From positions 37,695 through 101,694 of the forward strand of contig JBBDSZ010000051.1 in NCBI GenBank assembly GCA_040904685.1: a stretch of 64,000 nucleotides of DNA. Direction: 5' to 3'. Source of the stretch: Paenibacillaceae bacterium (GTDB taxonomy: Bacteria; Bacillota; Bacilli; Paenibacillales; NBRC-103111). Positions 10,266 to 22,441 of this stretch are shown one piece after another. The position numbers and the translations under genes are program-made. Position 1 is the first letter of the stretch, and every line of letters starts with the position of its first letter. The notes below the pieces were generated by a model, which saw only the letters and a list, made by a program, of their open reading frames with translations, was not told the origin of the DNA and did no database searches.

Positions 10266-11342
10266 CTAGAGCACCTCGCCTTTTTTTCGTTTGCTTTTAA
10301 AAGATCGAAGAACCCAGCGGATAATGCCCGGTGAAGCCACAAAGAAAATGACAGAACCAATCACAATACGGATAATCTCAGGTGGAACATCGGCACCAAA
10401 GCTCATTCCTGCGGCGCCATAGGACAAGGTTCCGAATAAAGCAGCCGCAAGCAGCACGCCTAATGGATGATTACCGCCAAGCAAGGATACTGCAATACCA
10501 TCAAAGCCATAACCAGAGGATGAAGCTGCGATAACTTGATATTTAAATACACCTAGTACATCAACAACACCAGCAAGTCCAGCAAAAACACCGCCAATGA
10601 ACATCGCTTTAATAATATTCCGTTTTACATTCATCCCTGCATATTCAGCAGCTTGTGGATTTAAGCCCACAGCTCGCAATTCAAAGCCTTGTTTGGTTTT
10701 CCAAAGAATCAGATAAAAAACAACTGGCCCTAATAAAGCTATGAGCGTTCCCCAGTGCATACGTGCATTTTGAAATAAGTGACTTAGCCAAGGATAGCTT
10801 ATAGATGCCGTATCATGGATATAATATGTTCGTTGCTGATCGGGCTCTAATAAAAAATGAGCAACAATATAATTCGCAAGGAAAAGGGCAATCCAATTCA
10901 GCATGATCGTTGTGATGACCTCATTGATGCCCCACTTGGCTTTCAGCAGCCCAGCTAGTCCACCCCAAAGCCCTGCAAGCAAAGCACCCACAAGAATGGC
11001 TAATGGTGCGTGAATAAACCAAGGCAAGCTAAGCTTGATCCCAACAATCGAGGCTCCGATGCTCCCCATAATAAATTGACCCTCTGCCCCGATATTGAAT
11101 AATCCGGTACGAAATGCGAACGCTACTGATAAACCAGTTAATAACAAGGGGGTTATTTCACGAATCGTTTCACCAAAGCCATAAGTATCTCCAAATACCT
11201 TTTTAATCAAAGAACCATAAGCTAGTATGGGGTTATAACCACCAATTAGCATAATAAGGGCACCAAAGAGCAGACCGAACAATATGGCGATAGCTGGAAC
11301 AGTGGCTGATTCCTTTGTAAATACCTTAATCAATTTATCCAC
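10266..11342 (-). CDS. Nucleoside ABC transporter permease (NupP-like)
   Basis: FRTGLFNIGAEGQ, INEVITTIMLNW and GFDGIAVSLLG motifs. Confidence 0.9.
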   Translation of the reverse strand: MDKLIKVFTKESATVPAIAILFGLLFGALIMLIGGYNPILAYGSLIKKVFGDTYGFGETIREITPLLLTGLSVAFAFRTGLFNIGAEGQFIMGSIGASIVGIKLSLPWFIHAPLAILVGALLAGLWGGLAGLLKAKWGINEVITTIMLNWIALFLANYIVAHFLLEPDQQRTYYIHDTASISYPWLSHLFQNARMHWGTLIALLGPVVFYLILWKTKQGFELRAVGLNPQAAEYAGMNVKRNIIKAMFIGGVFAGLAGVVDVLGVFKYQVIAASSSGYGFDGIAVSLLGGNHPLGVLLAAALFGTLSYGAAGMSFGADVPPEIIRIVIGSVIFFVASPGIIRWVLRSFKSKRKKGEVL

Positions 11343-12876
11343 TAACCCTGCCTCCTTCCATTATTTTCGCGCCTGCCATCATGCTTCCTAATTCTTGATC
11401 GCTCGTTTTCTCAGGGAGCACCTCACCGACCACTTTTCCCTCGTACAGAACTGCAATACGGTCTGATACATGCATAATTTCGTCTAATTCATAGGAGATC
11501 AATAAAACCGCTTTATTCATATTGCGCTGCTCCACAAGTCTTTTATGAATGAATTCTATGGCCCCTACATCCAATCCTCGTGTTGGCTGGGCTGCAATAA
11601 GCAGCTCCGGATGATCACTGAGCTCTCTGGCAATAATGGCTTTTTGTTGATTCCCACCCGATAAAGATTCAGCTAAAACGTATATATTCGGTGTCCGCAC
11701 ATCGAATTCAGCGACTAACGCTTCTGCATGCTTATCAATTGCCTTGTAATCCAAAAATCCATTTCGATTATATTCGGGGCGATAGTATGTATTTAGCACC
11801 ATATTCTCACTTAAGGAGAAATCCAGAATCAAACCATGCTTGTGACGATCCACAGGAATATGGGATATGCCGCTTTCAGAAATACTTCTCACTGACTGGT
11901 TGGTAATATCCTTACCTAACATTTGAATCGAGCCGCTGTCGACCTTGAGCAAACCTGTTAATGCTTCAATTAACTCTGTTTGACCATTGCCATCGACACC
12001 AGCGATACCCAAAATTTCTCCACGTCTTAATACGAAGGAGGTGCCATTTAAACCTTTTAGCCCATTCCGTCCTTTGACGACAAGATCACGGACATCAAGT
12101 ATAGTTTCTCCAGGCTCCGACTGTTTTTTGTCTAATTGAAACGATACGTGGTGGCCAACCATTTTCTCCGCAAGCTCATCTGCGTTTGTAGCAGACTTTG
12201 CAATGGTTTCAATATGCTTGCCTCGGCGGATAATGGTGACCGTATCGGCAATTTTCATAATTTCCTTAAGCTTATGAGTAATCAATATAATCGATTTCCC
12301 TTCAACCACCAGGTTACGCATAATCATCATTAATTCATCAATTTCCTGAGGGGTTAACACCGCTGTTGGTTCATCGAATATTAAGATCTCTGCACCGCGA
12401 TATAGCGTTTTCAAAATTTCTACCCTTTGCTGCATCCCTACTGAAATATCAACTATTTTCGCATAGGGATCTACATTTAATCCATAGCGCTTGGAAAGCT
12501 GTTCGACCTCTTCATGTGCATGTTTATAGTCTACCGAGAGACCTTTTCTAGGTTCATTGCCTAATATAATATTCTCTGTAACGGAAAAAGGCTGCACCAG
12601 CTTAAAATGCTGGTGCACCATCCCTATTCCCAATTGAATTGCTTTATTGGGCCCATCCATGATAACCTTCTGCTCGTTAACATAAATTTCACCCTCTTCC
12701 GGCTGATAAAGCCCGAATAAAATATTCATTAATGTAGATTTGCCAGCCCCATTTTCGCCAAGGAGAGCATGAATCTCGCCCTGGCGAAGCTTGAGGTTAA
12801 TCCGATCGTTGACGACGATGCCTGGAAATCGTTTGGTAATATTTCGCATTTCTACGACAGTCTTCACGTTATCCAT
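11335..12876 (-). CDS. Nucleoside/sugar ABC transporter ATP-binding protein, two NBDs (NupO-like)
   Basis: GENGAGKST, LSGGNQQK and AQPTRGLDVGA motifs. Confidence 0.93.
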   Translation of the reverse strand: MDNVKTVVEMRNITKRFPGIVVNDRINLKLRQGEIHALLGENGAGKSTLMNILFGLYQPEEGEIYVNEQKVIMDGPNKAIQLGIGMVHQHFKLVQPFSVTENIILGNEPRKGLSVDYKHAHEEVEQLSKRYGLNVDPYAKIVDISVGMQQRVEILKTLYRGAEILIFDEPTAVLTPQEIDELMMIMRNLVVEGKSIILITHKLKEIMKIADTVTIIRRGKHIETIAKSATNADELAEKMVGHHVSFQLDKKQSEPGETILDVRDLVVKGRNGLKGLNGTSFVLRRGEILGIAGVDGNGQTELIEALTGLLKVDSGSIQMLGKDITNQSVRSISESGISHIPVDRHKHGLILDFSLSENMVLNTYYRPEYNRNGFLDYKAIDKHAEALVAEFDVRTPNIYVLAESLSGGNQQKAIIARELSDHPELLIAAQPTRGLDVGAIEFIHKRLVEQRNMNKAVLLISYELDEIMHVSDRIAVLYEGKVVGEVLPEKTSDQELGSMMAGAKIMEGGRVSG

Positions 12877-12894
12877 AAGATCACCTTTACCGGA

Positions 12895-13986
12895 TTATTT
12901 TACGTCAGCTGGAACTGTAATTTCACCACTAATAATTTTTGCTTTAAATTCTTCCACTTTTGCTAAGATTTCAGCCGAAACGTTTTTGCTTGACGAATCT
13001 GGAATGCCTACTCCATCTTCTTTCAAACCAAGCACAACACTTTTTCCGCCTTCAAATTTACCTTCTGTCAAGTTCTTGGAGATTAGAGCAACAGCTTTAT
13101 CAACACGCTTTACCATAGACGTCAATGTAATATCCGTACCGAAAGTGATTGATTGATCCTTATCAACACCGATTACCCAAACCTTTTTACCCGCTGTGAA
13201 ACGATCTTTAGCTTCATTGAAAACACCATTACCCGTTGAACCTGCTGCATGGAATACGATATCTGCTCCATCATTATATAATGTTGCAGCTGCAGCTTTA
13301 CCAAGATCCGGTTTATCGAATGCGCCTGTATAGTTTATAGAAACCTTTGCTTTGTCATTTACAGCAGCGACACCAGCAACAAAGCCCGCTTCAAAGCGAG
13401 TAATAACTGGAATTTTAATCCCGCCAACAAAGCCAATTTTATTGGTTTTCGTTGTTAGTCCTGCAATAACACCAACCAAATAGGCACCTTCATTTTCAGA
13501 AAATGTTACAGATGCAACGTTTGGAGCTTCTACCACATTATCAATAATCGCAAAGTTTGTTTTTGGATTTTGATCTGCTACAGTTTTCAAGGCATCGCCC
13601 ATTAAGAATCCAATACCCCAAGTTAAATTGTAATTGTCTTTAGCGAATGTATTCAGATTAGTTAAATAATCAGCATCGCCTTTACTTTGCAAATACTTAA
13701 CCTCTGTGCCTGTTTCCTTAGCAAACTGTTGCAAGCCTTCCCAAGCAGATTGATTGAATGAGTTATCATTAACACCGCCAATATCTGTAACCATACCCAC
13801 TTTAAATTTGGCTGCTGGAGCTTCTGTAGCAGCTGGAGCATCCGTTGCAGCAGTCGTAGGAGCTACTGTTGCAGCAGTCGTAGGGGCGACAGTTGCACCA
13901 TTTCCATCTTTCGTTTTTCCACAAGCAGACAACACAACAGCAAAAATCAATACAAACATCACCGATACAGATAACATTTTTTTCAT
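12895..13986 (-). CDS. BMP-family nucleoside-binding lipoprotein (NupN-like)
   Basis: Lipobox LSAC, DNSFNQSAWEG, IGVDKDQ and TSMVKRVD motifs; GGAGG RBS. Confidence 0.92.
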   Translation of the reverse strand: MKKMLSVSVMFVLIFAVVLSACGKTKDGNGATVAPTTAATVAPTTAATDAPAATEAPAAKFKVGMVTDIGGVNDNSFNQSAWEGLQQFAKETGTEVKYLQSKGDADYLTNLNTFAKDNYNLTWGIGFLMGDALKTVADQNPKTNFAIIDNVVEAPNVASVTFSENEGAYLVGVIAGLTTKTNKIGFVGGIKIPVITRFEAGFVAGVAAVNDKAKVSINYTGAFDKPDLGKAAAATLYNDGADIVFHAAGSTGNGVFNEAKDRFTAGKKVWVIGVDKDQSITFGTDITLTSMVKRVDKAVALISKNLTEGKFEGGKSVVLGLKEDGVGIPDSSSKNVSAEILAKVEEFKAKIISGEITVPADVK

Positions 13987-14022
13987 TTGTAAACCCTCCA
14001 TTTTTATATTTTCAACACGTTT

Positions 14023-15740
<1,718 letters not shown>

Positions 15741-15770
15741 AAAGTCTCCTTAGAGTTTTGCTTAGTCTTA

Positions 15771-16442
15771 CTAATAGCCGCTTCCACTGCCACCTGTTAC
15801 TAATGCAATCCCTGAGCTAGTACCTAATCGAGTTGCACCCGCTTCGATTAATTGAAGCGCAAATGGTAAATCTCGCACACCTCCGGAGGCTTTAATTCCC
15901 ATTGCATCGCCGACTGATTTACGAATCAGTTGAATATCCTTTATTGTAGCCCCGCTAGGTCCAAACCCCGTTGAGGTTTTAACAAAATCAGCCCCCGCTA
16001 ATTTGCTTAATTCGGCTGCATGTCGTTTCTCCTCATCCGTCAAGTAACAGGTTTCGATAATGACCTTCACGATGGCTTTTCCTTGACAAGCCTGTACAAT
16101 CTCACGAATATCGTCTTCGACTGCAACAAAGTCTCCCGATTTCATTGCACCAATGTTAAGCACCATATCAATTTCAGTTGCTCCGTTTACAATTGAATCT
16201 CTAGCCTCAGCACCCTTGATTAAAGTGCTGCTGCTGCCTAACGGAAAACCTATCACTGTCGTAATCCCCACTTTGCTGCCTTTAAGCTGCCGTACCGCCA
16301 ACGGAACCCAATATGGATTCACACATACGGTCGCAAATTGATATTGCATAGCTTCATCACATAATTGGATAATATCCTTCTCGGTACTGTCTGCTTTTAG
16401 TAAAGTATGATCAATCATAGCTGCAATTTGCTCAGGACTCAT
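15771..16442 (-). CDS. deoC: Deoxyribose-phosphate aldolase
   Basis: IDHTLLK, VIGFPLG, DFVKTSTGF, KASGGVR and RLGTSS motifs. Confidence 0.97.
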   Translation of the reverse strand: MSPEQIAAMIDHTLLKADSTEKDIIQLCDEAMQYQFATVCVNPYWVPLAVRQLKGSKVGITTVIGFPLGSSSTLIKGAEARDSIVNGATEIDMVLNIGAMKSGDFVAVEDDIREIVQACQGKAIVKVIIETCYLTDEEKRHAAELSKLAGADFVKTSTGFGPSGATIKDIQLIRKSVGDAMGIKASGGVRDLPFALQLIEAGATRLGTSSGIALVTGGSGSGY

Positions 16443-16464
16443 AGTTTTACCCTCCTAGTGCTAA

Positions 16465-17403
16465 TCATTTATTCAACAATGCTTTTGCGGTAAATTGGTC
16501 TGTGATGAGTGTATTGGCATATTTACCACAAAGTGCACCATAAATCGCTTCCACCTTCGAGGTACCACCTGCTACAAGAATCGAGTGTTCTTTCCCTCTT
16601 AATTCGGCTAACTCAATGCCTATTGTACGATCATCTAAATTTTCTAAACAAATGACCCCATTCATGTCAAAATATCTTGAGCAAATATCGCCAACTGCAT
16701 GAGACTTAATGACTTCAATTTCTTCGTTGGTAAAATAGTTAGTTTGGATTAGAACTGATTCTGAATTGGGTACCCCTGCTGTGAAGATCGCAATGTTCGA
16801 TTGCTTACCTAGATCTAAAACCTTACGAATATGGCGATCGGATTGAATCGCTTGCTTCACTAGAATATGATCCACAATCGCAGGTAAATTCAGAAAATGC
16901 GGATTAACGTGAAATGCATTGCCAAAAAGTTGGATGATCTCCGATGCATAAGTGTTGACCTCGGAATAACTAACACCCCCATTTAGCTGTACCACAACGA
17001 CATTCTTTACCGTTTTCCTCTGGATTTGGCGTGCGACCTGATATAAGGTGGTGCCCCAGGAAACCGCAATGATATCATTATCTTTAACAATTCTATCTAT
17101 ATAATTTGCGGCGGCCTCACCTATATATTTTTTCCCGATATCGTTCTCATTATAAGGTATAAAAGCAACCTCAACCTGCTTAAGCTGAAACTTGTCCCGA
17201 AGATCTGCTGCTAATGATTCAATTTCTTCCATTGGATCAATAATAGTTATTTGGACAATACCTTCGGACTTGGCTTGCTGCAGCAAACGTGATACAGTTG
17301 GTCTTGATACTCCCAATCGCTCAGCTATCTCGCTTTGACTGTGGTCTAGCTGATAATATAACTTGGCGGCTTCAATAACCTTTCGTAGTTTATCTTCTTT
17401 CAT
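16465..17403 (-). CDS. deoR: SorC-family deoxyribonucleoside repressor (B. subtilis DeoR-like)
   Basis: N-terminal HTH (QSEIAERLGVSRPTVSRLL) plus sugar-binding domain (SWGTTL, AVGDIC); heads the deoC-pdp operon; GGAGG RBS before ATG 17403. Confidence 0.88.
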   Translation of the reverse strand: MKEDKLRKVIEAAKLYYQLDHSQSEIAERLGVSRPTVSRLLQQAKSEGIVQITIIDPMEEIESLAADLRDKFQLKQVEVAFIPYNENDIGKKYIGEAAANYIDRIVKDNDIIAVSWGTTLYQVARQIQRKTVKNVVVVQLNGGVSYSEVNTYASEIIQLFGNAFHVNPHFLNLPAIVDHILVKQAIQSDRHIRKVLDLGKQSNIAIFTAGVPNSESVLIQTNYFTNEEIEVIKSHAVGDICSRYFDMNGVICLENLDDRTIGIELAELRGKEHSILVAGGTSKVEAIYGALCGKYANTLITDQFTAKALLNK

Positions 17404-17438
17404 TACAGCCTCCAATTCCTTGAAAACGAGAAATTTAA

Positions 17439-17501
17439 TTCAGATCGATCTGAAATTATGTTCTATTCGATCATTATAGACGAGTTAGGATAGGTTGGCA
17501 A
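17439..17501 (-). promoter_or_regulatory. SigA promoter of the deo/nup operon with downstream palindromic operator
   Basis: -35 TTGCCA (17496-17501), 17 bp, -10 TATAAT (17473-17478); perfect 16-bp palindrome TTCAGATCGATCTGAA at 17439-17454. Confidence 0.75.
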
Positions 17502-17502
17502 T

Positions 17503-20088
17503 TCATAAATCATCCGTAAATTTGACTCTTGTGTGAATGCCATTTTCTTTGATTAGCATGTCTACTTCTCCCAATTCATCCGTGCGGTAAACTTGTATAT
17601 CATGCTCAGCTAAGCGTGTAAGCACTTCTTCTGTGGGATGACCATAAGTGTTATGCTCACCTACAGAAATCACAGCCTGTTTAGGTAACCAGAAATCAAG
17701 CCAATCTTCTGAAGTTGATGTTTTGCTGCCGTGATGAGCGACTTTAAGCACATCGATAGAATGGGATGATTTACTATCCATGTCAGATAAATATTCAAGT
17801 ACATCATTCTCGGAGTTTTTCTCCATGTCACCGGTAAATAAGAACCTGGAGTGGTACATTTCCAATAGAAACACCAGGCAGTCATTATTTTGTTTTTTTT
17901 CGACAGATAGTCGATAGAATTGCTGAGCATTATCCGTGTCTACAATTTCATTTTCTTGCTTAATTGGGTATAAGAAATGAATGATTGTCTTTGAATCCAC
18001 TCTCAACTTCAAAGCAGCATGACCTACCTCTAATGGGATATTCAAATCTAATGCTGTTTTAAAAAGCTTTTCTACTCCTAAGTTTGGCTTCAGTGTCCCG
18101 TTAAAAATAAAATTTCGTACGGGAATTTGCTCGATGACTGCTTGCAAGCCTCCAATATGATCCGTGTCCTCATGTGTTGAAATGAGATAATCCAGTTGGT
18201 GGACACCACGTTTCTTCAGCAGAGGAACTAGTGTATTCTTACCCACCTCATATGGTTTTTTTCGTTGCTTCCATTCATCCCCTTGTTTCCGAAATACGAG
18301 TGTCCCCCCGCCATCCACCAGAATATATTTATTGCTTGGTGTGCGTATGAGGATAGCATCCCCTTGTCCAACATCAATGAACTGCACTTGACCTCCATTC
18401 CGCCACATTTCTGGATGATACCCATACCAGAGCAACAGGAAGAGACATAGCAAATTACATATAACAGCTATCGAAACACCTCTGGATTGAAGGATGAAAC
18501 GAATATAAACACCTTCTCGCTTAGCCTCTCTTCCTGCCTTCCAACGAACCAAGCACCCAATCACAACTGCAATGAGCGTATAATAAGCTATCATCCAGGC
18601 TAACGATGGACTGCTCCAAATCATGTGGAAGCTGCTCCAGCTATCCAGCTCGGCTGTGAGCCAGAAGGTCAAGCGATTGCTTAGGGCTGCAAGCCATGCA
18701 ATTCCTTTACCCAGCGACATACTAACTAAGCTTGTGATTAAAGCTACAGTAGCAATGGGAGTTACTGCAAAGCTGATAAAAGGAACGAGAATGATATTAG
18801 CCAGCCAAGACAATAGTGAAAATTGATTGAAATAATAAATCGTTAAAGGAAAAGAAATCGTTTGCGCCACTAGAGTTACCGCTAAGGTTAAGTTCATTGT
18901 TTTTTGCTTTGGCAGCAAAGAGCTGACCCAAGGTACGCCAACGATTAATCCGTAGGTCACAGCAAATGACAGCTGAAAGCTTACATCCAATAAGGCATAT
19001 GGATTCCAGAGCAGCATAAGCCATCCGACTAAACAGAGCAATTTCAAGCCGTCCTTTAGCCAATTCCTTCTAACTGCATAGAGTGCGATCATTGCCATCA
19101 AGCCAGCTCTAACGACTGATGGTGATGAGCCAGTAAACAAAACATAAAATGGCAGCAATGCTATAACAATTAGCAAACCCGTTTCTTTGGTGAAGCGAAG
19201 CTTACGTAAAATCCATAAAACTACAGCACAAAATACCGCCACCTGCATACCGGAAATCGCTAATATATGTGTCAATCCTAGATTAGAAAACTGCTGAAAT
19301 TGCTCGGGATCAAGATCTACACGTAGTCCAATTAATAAGCTTTTCATGTAGCCTGCTTGAGATTCAGGAAATAATTGCTCCAGCTTATGGGCTAAAAACC
19401 CACGAAATTGATCATTATAACGCAATAGCTGCAGCCAATTCCAATGAAAAGAAGATTCACTAGTAACAGAATCCAAGCCTTTTATTGCAAGCATCCAATG
19501 AATGTGCTGCTGTCGCAGGTATTGTTGATAATCAAAACCGCCGAAATTACGAGCTGCAGCCGGAATCAACAGCGTACCCTTAAAGCTGATATCATCCCCT
19601 CTTTGCAGTGTGAGTGCAGTTGCTTGCTCTTCTTGTTCCAACAAACGGAGCGAAACCTTTATTGATTCTTGGATTGAAAATATATGTTCATCATTATCTA
19701 AGCTTCCTTTCGCAAATAGTAGTCGCTTTGTCCGAATTGTGAAGCCTACATGATCGCCGTCTACATCAATGGGTGAGGTAATGATTCCATTCACCTCAAC
19801 ACTTATATCATTAAAGCTATCATTCGTTAGCTTCTCTTTATCGTTCACTAAGTGAAGCTGTGTTTGATTATGCTGATCCACCCATTGATAATAACCAAAA
19901 GCAATTGACATAAGGATGATGAAGCCAATGAAGCTTTTTCCAGGCAGCTTAAAAAACCATAAGGCTCCAACAGTAAGAGCAAGCCCTACATAGACTAACC
20001 AAGTTATTTCAAACTGGGGTAGCATGATTGCAAGACTATAGCCACCCGCCCAAATCCATGCCCACCAGATCAAATGATTATTTTTCAA
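17503..20088 (-). CDS. comEC: DNA uptake channel ComEC/Rec2
   Basis: RNFGGFDY, HILAISG, SPSVVRA, DVGQGDA, THEDTDHIGG and KVAHHGS (OB + competence + metallo-beta-lactamase domains). Confidence 0.96.
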   Translation of the reverse strand: MKNNHLIWWAWIWAGGYSLAIMLPQFEITWLVYVGLALTVGALWFFKLPGKSFIGFIILMSIAFGYYQWVDQHNQTQLHLVNDKEKLTNDSFNDISVEVNGIITSPIDVDGDHVGFTIRTKRLLFAKGSLDNDEHIFSIQESIKVSLRLLEQEEQATALTLQRGDDISFKGTLLIPAAARNFGGFDYQQYLRQQHIHWMLAIKGLDSVTSESSFHWNWLQLLRYNDQFRGFLAHKLEQLFPESQAGYMKSLLIGLRVDLDPEQFQQFSNLGLTHILAISGMQVAVFCAVVLWILRKLRFTKETGLLIVIALLPFYVLFTGSSPSVVRAGLMAMIALYAVRRNWLKDGLKLLCLVGWLMLLWNPYALLDVSFQLSFAVTYGLIVGVPWVSSLLPKQKTMNLTLAVTLVAQTISFPLTIYYFNQFSLLSWLANIILVPFISFAVTPIATVALITSLVSMSLGKGIAWLAALSNRLTFWLTAELDSWSSFHMIWSSPSLAWMIAYYTLIAVVIGCLVRWKAGREAKREGVYIRFILQSRGVSIAVICNLLCLFLLLWYGYHPEMWRNGGQVQFIDVGQGDAILIRTPSNKYILVDGGGTLVFRKQGDEWKQRKKPYEVGKNTLVPLLKKRGVHQLDYLISTHEDTDHIGGLQAVIEQIPVRNFIFNGTLKPNLGVEKLFKTALDLNIPLEVGHAALKLRVDSKTIIHFLYPIKQENEIVDTDNAQQFYRLSVEKKQNNDCLVFLLEMYHSRFLFTGDMEKNSENDVLEYLSDMDSKSSHSIDVLKVAHHGSKTSTSEDWLDFWLPKQAVISVGEHNTYGHPTEEVLTRLAEHDIQVYRTDELGEVDMLIKENGIHTRVKFTDDL

Positions 20089-20191
20089 TTAAATCCTCCT
20101 CACAGCAACAGTACCCAGGATAAACGGTTACACTGTCTCATAAAGTCAGTATGTGCGAAAAAAGTGTACGCTTATAATCGCACAAAAATAA

Positions 20192-20217
20192 ACCCTCTTC
20201 GTCGAAATGAAGAGGGT
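20192..20217 (-). terminator. Intrinsic terminator between comEB and comEC
   Basis: accctcttc...gaagagggt hairpin followed on the minus strand by TTATTTTT. Confidence 0.65.
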
Positions 20218-20239
20218 GCTTCCCTAATTACAGCCTATT

Positions 20240-20755
20240 TTAATGAATAACTTCGTTGACAATACTTGAGGGCGGGGAATACTGCTCCATATGGATAAAT
20301 TTGATGCCTCTTTGCATCATCAGCTCTTTAACCTTTTCACTATCCTTCGGATAGGCTCGATGATAGACAATTTCAATGACTCCACTATTGGCGAGCATAT
20401 TCGCGCAGGTCCAACAGGGTTGATCCGTTACATAAACAACAGAGCCTTCACGGTCTCTGCGATCTGTAAATAACAGCAGGTTTTGCTCGGCATGAATCGT
20501 TCTTACACAGCGTTGCTTGCGAATCATCTCTTCCTGCCCATTGTCCAATAGCTTAACCTCAAACTCTTCCACAATCATACAGCCTGCTTCTGTGCAATCC
20601 GCAACACCCATAGGAGCTCCATTATAAGCAGTCCCCAACAGTTTTTTACCTTGGACAAGCACCGCACCCACATGACGTCTTGGACATTGCGAGCGAGTTG
20701 AAGCCATATAAGCAATATCGAGAAAATAAGTATTCCAATCTTTTCTAATTGACAT
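20240..20755 (-). CDS. comEB: ComE operon protein 2, dCMP deaminase family
   Basis: RSQCPRRHVGA, HAEQN and PCWTC zinc motifs; GAGGAG RBS before ATG 20755. Confidence 0.93.
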   Translation of the reverse strand: MSIRKDWNTYFLDIAYMASTRSQCPRRHVGAVLVQGKKLLGTAYNGAPMGVADCTEAGCMIVEEFEVKLLDNGQEEMIRKQRCVRTIHAEQNLLLFTDRRDREGSVVYVTDQPCWTCANMLANSGVIEIVYHRAYPKDSEKVKELMMQRGIKFIHMEQYSPPSSIVNEVIH

Positions 20756-20807
20756 AAATGCTCCTCTAATCGTTATGACTCTCATTTTCTCATACTTTAA
20801 GCGAAAA

Positions 20808-21371
20808 TTAAAGTTCTAGATGATCTTTGATTTTCGCAAAGATTTTGGGACCAATGCCTTTTACCTTCATTAATTCTTCTAATGTTTGGAAGCTGTGAGC
20901 ATCCCGATAGGCAATGATCGCTTCTGCTTTGCTTTCACCAATGCCTGAAAGCTTCATAAGCTCAACAGTCATTGCTTTATTCACATTAACTTTGAAATTG
21001 ACATTCTGGTTCGTTTTAGCTCGCGTAACTGCTTTTGATTTGGATGTAGATTTCGGCTTTGAAGTAGCTTGCGGTTTTGCTGTTTTCTTGGGTTTAGCTA
21101 TTGCATCCTGTTCTAAAGCTAATTCATCTCCCCCATTTGAGCTTGCACCTGATGAGCTTGCTTCTGGCGAGTTTACCTCTGAGGGTGCCGGAGTGGCTGC
21201 CTGCTTCACTTCTCGATCCAATAACGCTTGCATTTCCTTATTTACCGCCAATGGTTCTGAGCGATTATCCTGCCCATGCTTGACCTCATACCCAATCAAT
21301 GCCACAACAGCGATAAGCGGAATAACACTTAAGGCAATCACTTTCTTATATTGTACAAAAAAAAGCAACAT
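20808..21371 (-). CDS. comEA: ComEA DNA receptor (TM anchor + HhH)
   Basis: VNVNKA...LSGIGESKAEAII...VKGIGPK helix-hairpin-helix motifs. Confidence 0.92.
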   Translation of the reverse strand: MLLFFVQYKKVIALSVIPLIAVVALIGYEVKHGQDNRSEPLAVNKEMQALLDREVKQAATPAPSEVNSPEASSSGASSNGGDELALEQDAIAKPKKTAKPQATSKPKSTSKSKAVTRAKTNQNVNFKVNVNKAMTVELMKLSGIGESKAEAIIAYRDAHSFQTLEELMKVKGIGPKIFAKIKDHLEL

Positions 21372-21570
21372 ATGATCCCCCCCTTTCATTTATTGAACAG
21401 TAGAATGAATATAAGGCCGCGCAAACAAAAACCGCCCCTGCTCACGCGTTGCGTGAATAGAGGCGGTTCTTCCGCACAGATTGTTCAATTAAAAATAATA
21501 TAAACGGTTTTGGAATAATATGCAAGCTGAAAATTATAAACACTTCAAAAAAGGTAAAGTGTTTCACAAA

Positions 21571-21600
21571 GTCATTAGAGGCTGCAACTTAGCATATATT
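21571..21600 (+). promoter_or_regulatory. Possible mother-cell (SigE-type) promoter of comER
   Basis: GTCATT...CATATATT upstream of the GGAGG RBS. Confidence 0.4.
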
Positions 21601-21631
21601 GGAATAGCATTCCATATCGGGAGGGGTTTAA

Positions 21632-22441
21632 ATGAACGTAGGCTTCATTGGAACGGGTAGCATGGGAAGTATCCTCATAGAATCCTTAATCCACACGGGC
21701 GCCCTACGTCCAGATGAGATTATTGCGAGCAACCGTACGTCAGGTAAAATAGATCATTTAACCGAACATTTCATTGGTCTCCGAAAAGCCAGCACCAACA
21801 TCGAAGTCGTGCAGCATTGCGAAATAATTTTCTTATGTATCAAACCGAGTGATTTTAAGGCTGTGATTAACGAAATAAAACCTTTTGTTCAAGCTTCCCA
21901 AATTGTCATTTCCATTACCAGTCCGATTACAATTGCCTACCTTGAAGATCAATTGTCTAGCAAAATAGCTAAAATCATCCCAAGTATCACCAATTATGTA
22001 CTAAGTGGATCCACACTTTGTATTTACGGAGAACGTTTATTAAAGGAAGATATGGTTCATCTCGAACATTTGCTGAAACATATTAGCGAGCCTATCCGTG
22101 TAGCCGAACAATTTACACGAATCTCCTCAGATATTTCAAGCTGCGGACCTGCCTTTTTCGCACTCATCTTATTGAAATTTATTCGTGCAGCCGTAGAGGA
22201 AACCGGCTTCAACTATGCAGATGCTAACCTTTTGGCTTGTGAAATGCTGCTAGGCACAGGCAAGCTTCTAACATCAGGCGGCTTTACACCAGGCGAGCTG
22301 CAAAAACGTGTAGCCGTACCCGGCGGAATTACCGCCGAGGGGCTAAAACTGCTGGATCAGAAGCTGGATGGGGTATTCAACCAGCTCTTTCAGATCACAC
22401 ACGCTAAATTTATAGAAGATATGACGAAAGTCAATCATTAG
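21632..22441 (+). CDS. comER: ComER (pyrroline-5-carboxylate reductase-like)
   Basis: [16 protein letters not shown] and VAVPGGIT motifs; divergent from comEA. Confidence 0.93.
   Translation: MNVGFIGTGSMGSILIESLIHTGALRPDEIIASNRTSGKIDHLTEHFIGLRKASTNIEVVQHCEIIFLCIKPSDFKAVINEIKPFVQASQIVISITSPITIAYLEDQLSSKIAKIIPSITNYVLSGSTLCIYGERLLKEDMVHLEHLLKHISEPIRVAEQFTRISSDISSCGPAFFALILLKFIRAAVEETGFNYADANLLACEMLLGTGKLLTSGGFTPGELQKRVAVPGGITAEGLKLLDQKLDGVFNQLFQITHAKFIEDMTKVNH

Noticed and set aside
13815-13895. Tandem repeats in the BMP lipoprotein linker (similar ones in thiY ~56495-56540 and the anti-sigma ~7683-7745)
   Set aside because: In-frame low-complexity Ala/Thr/Pro linkers common in lipoproteins
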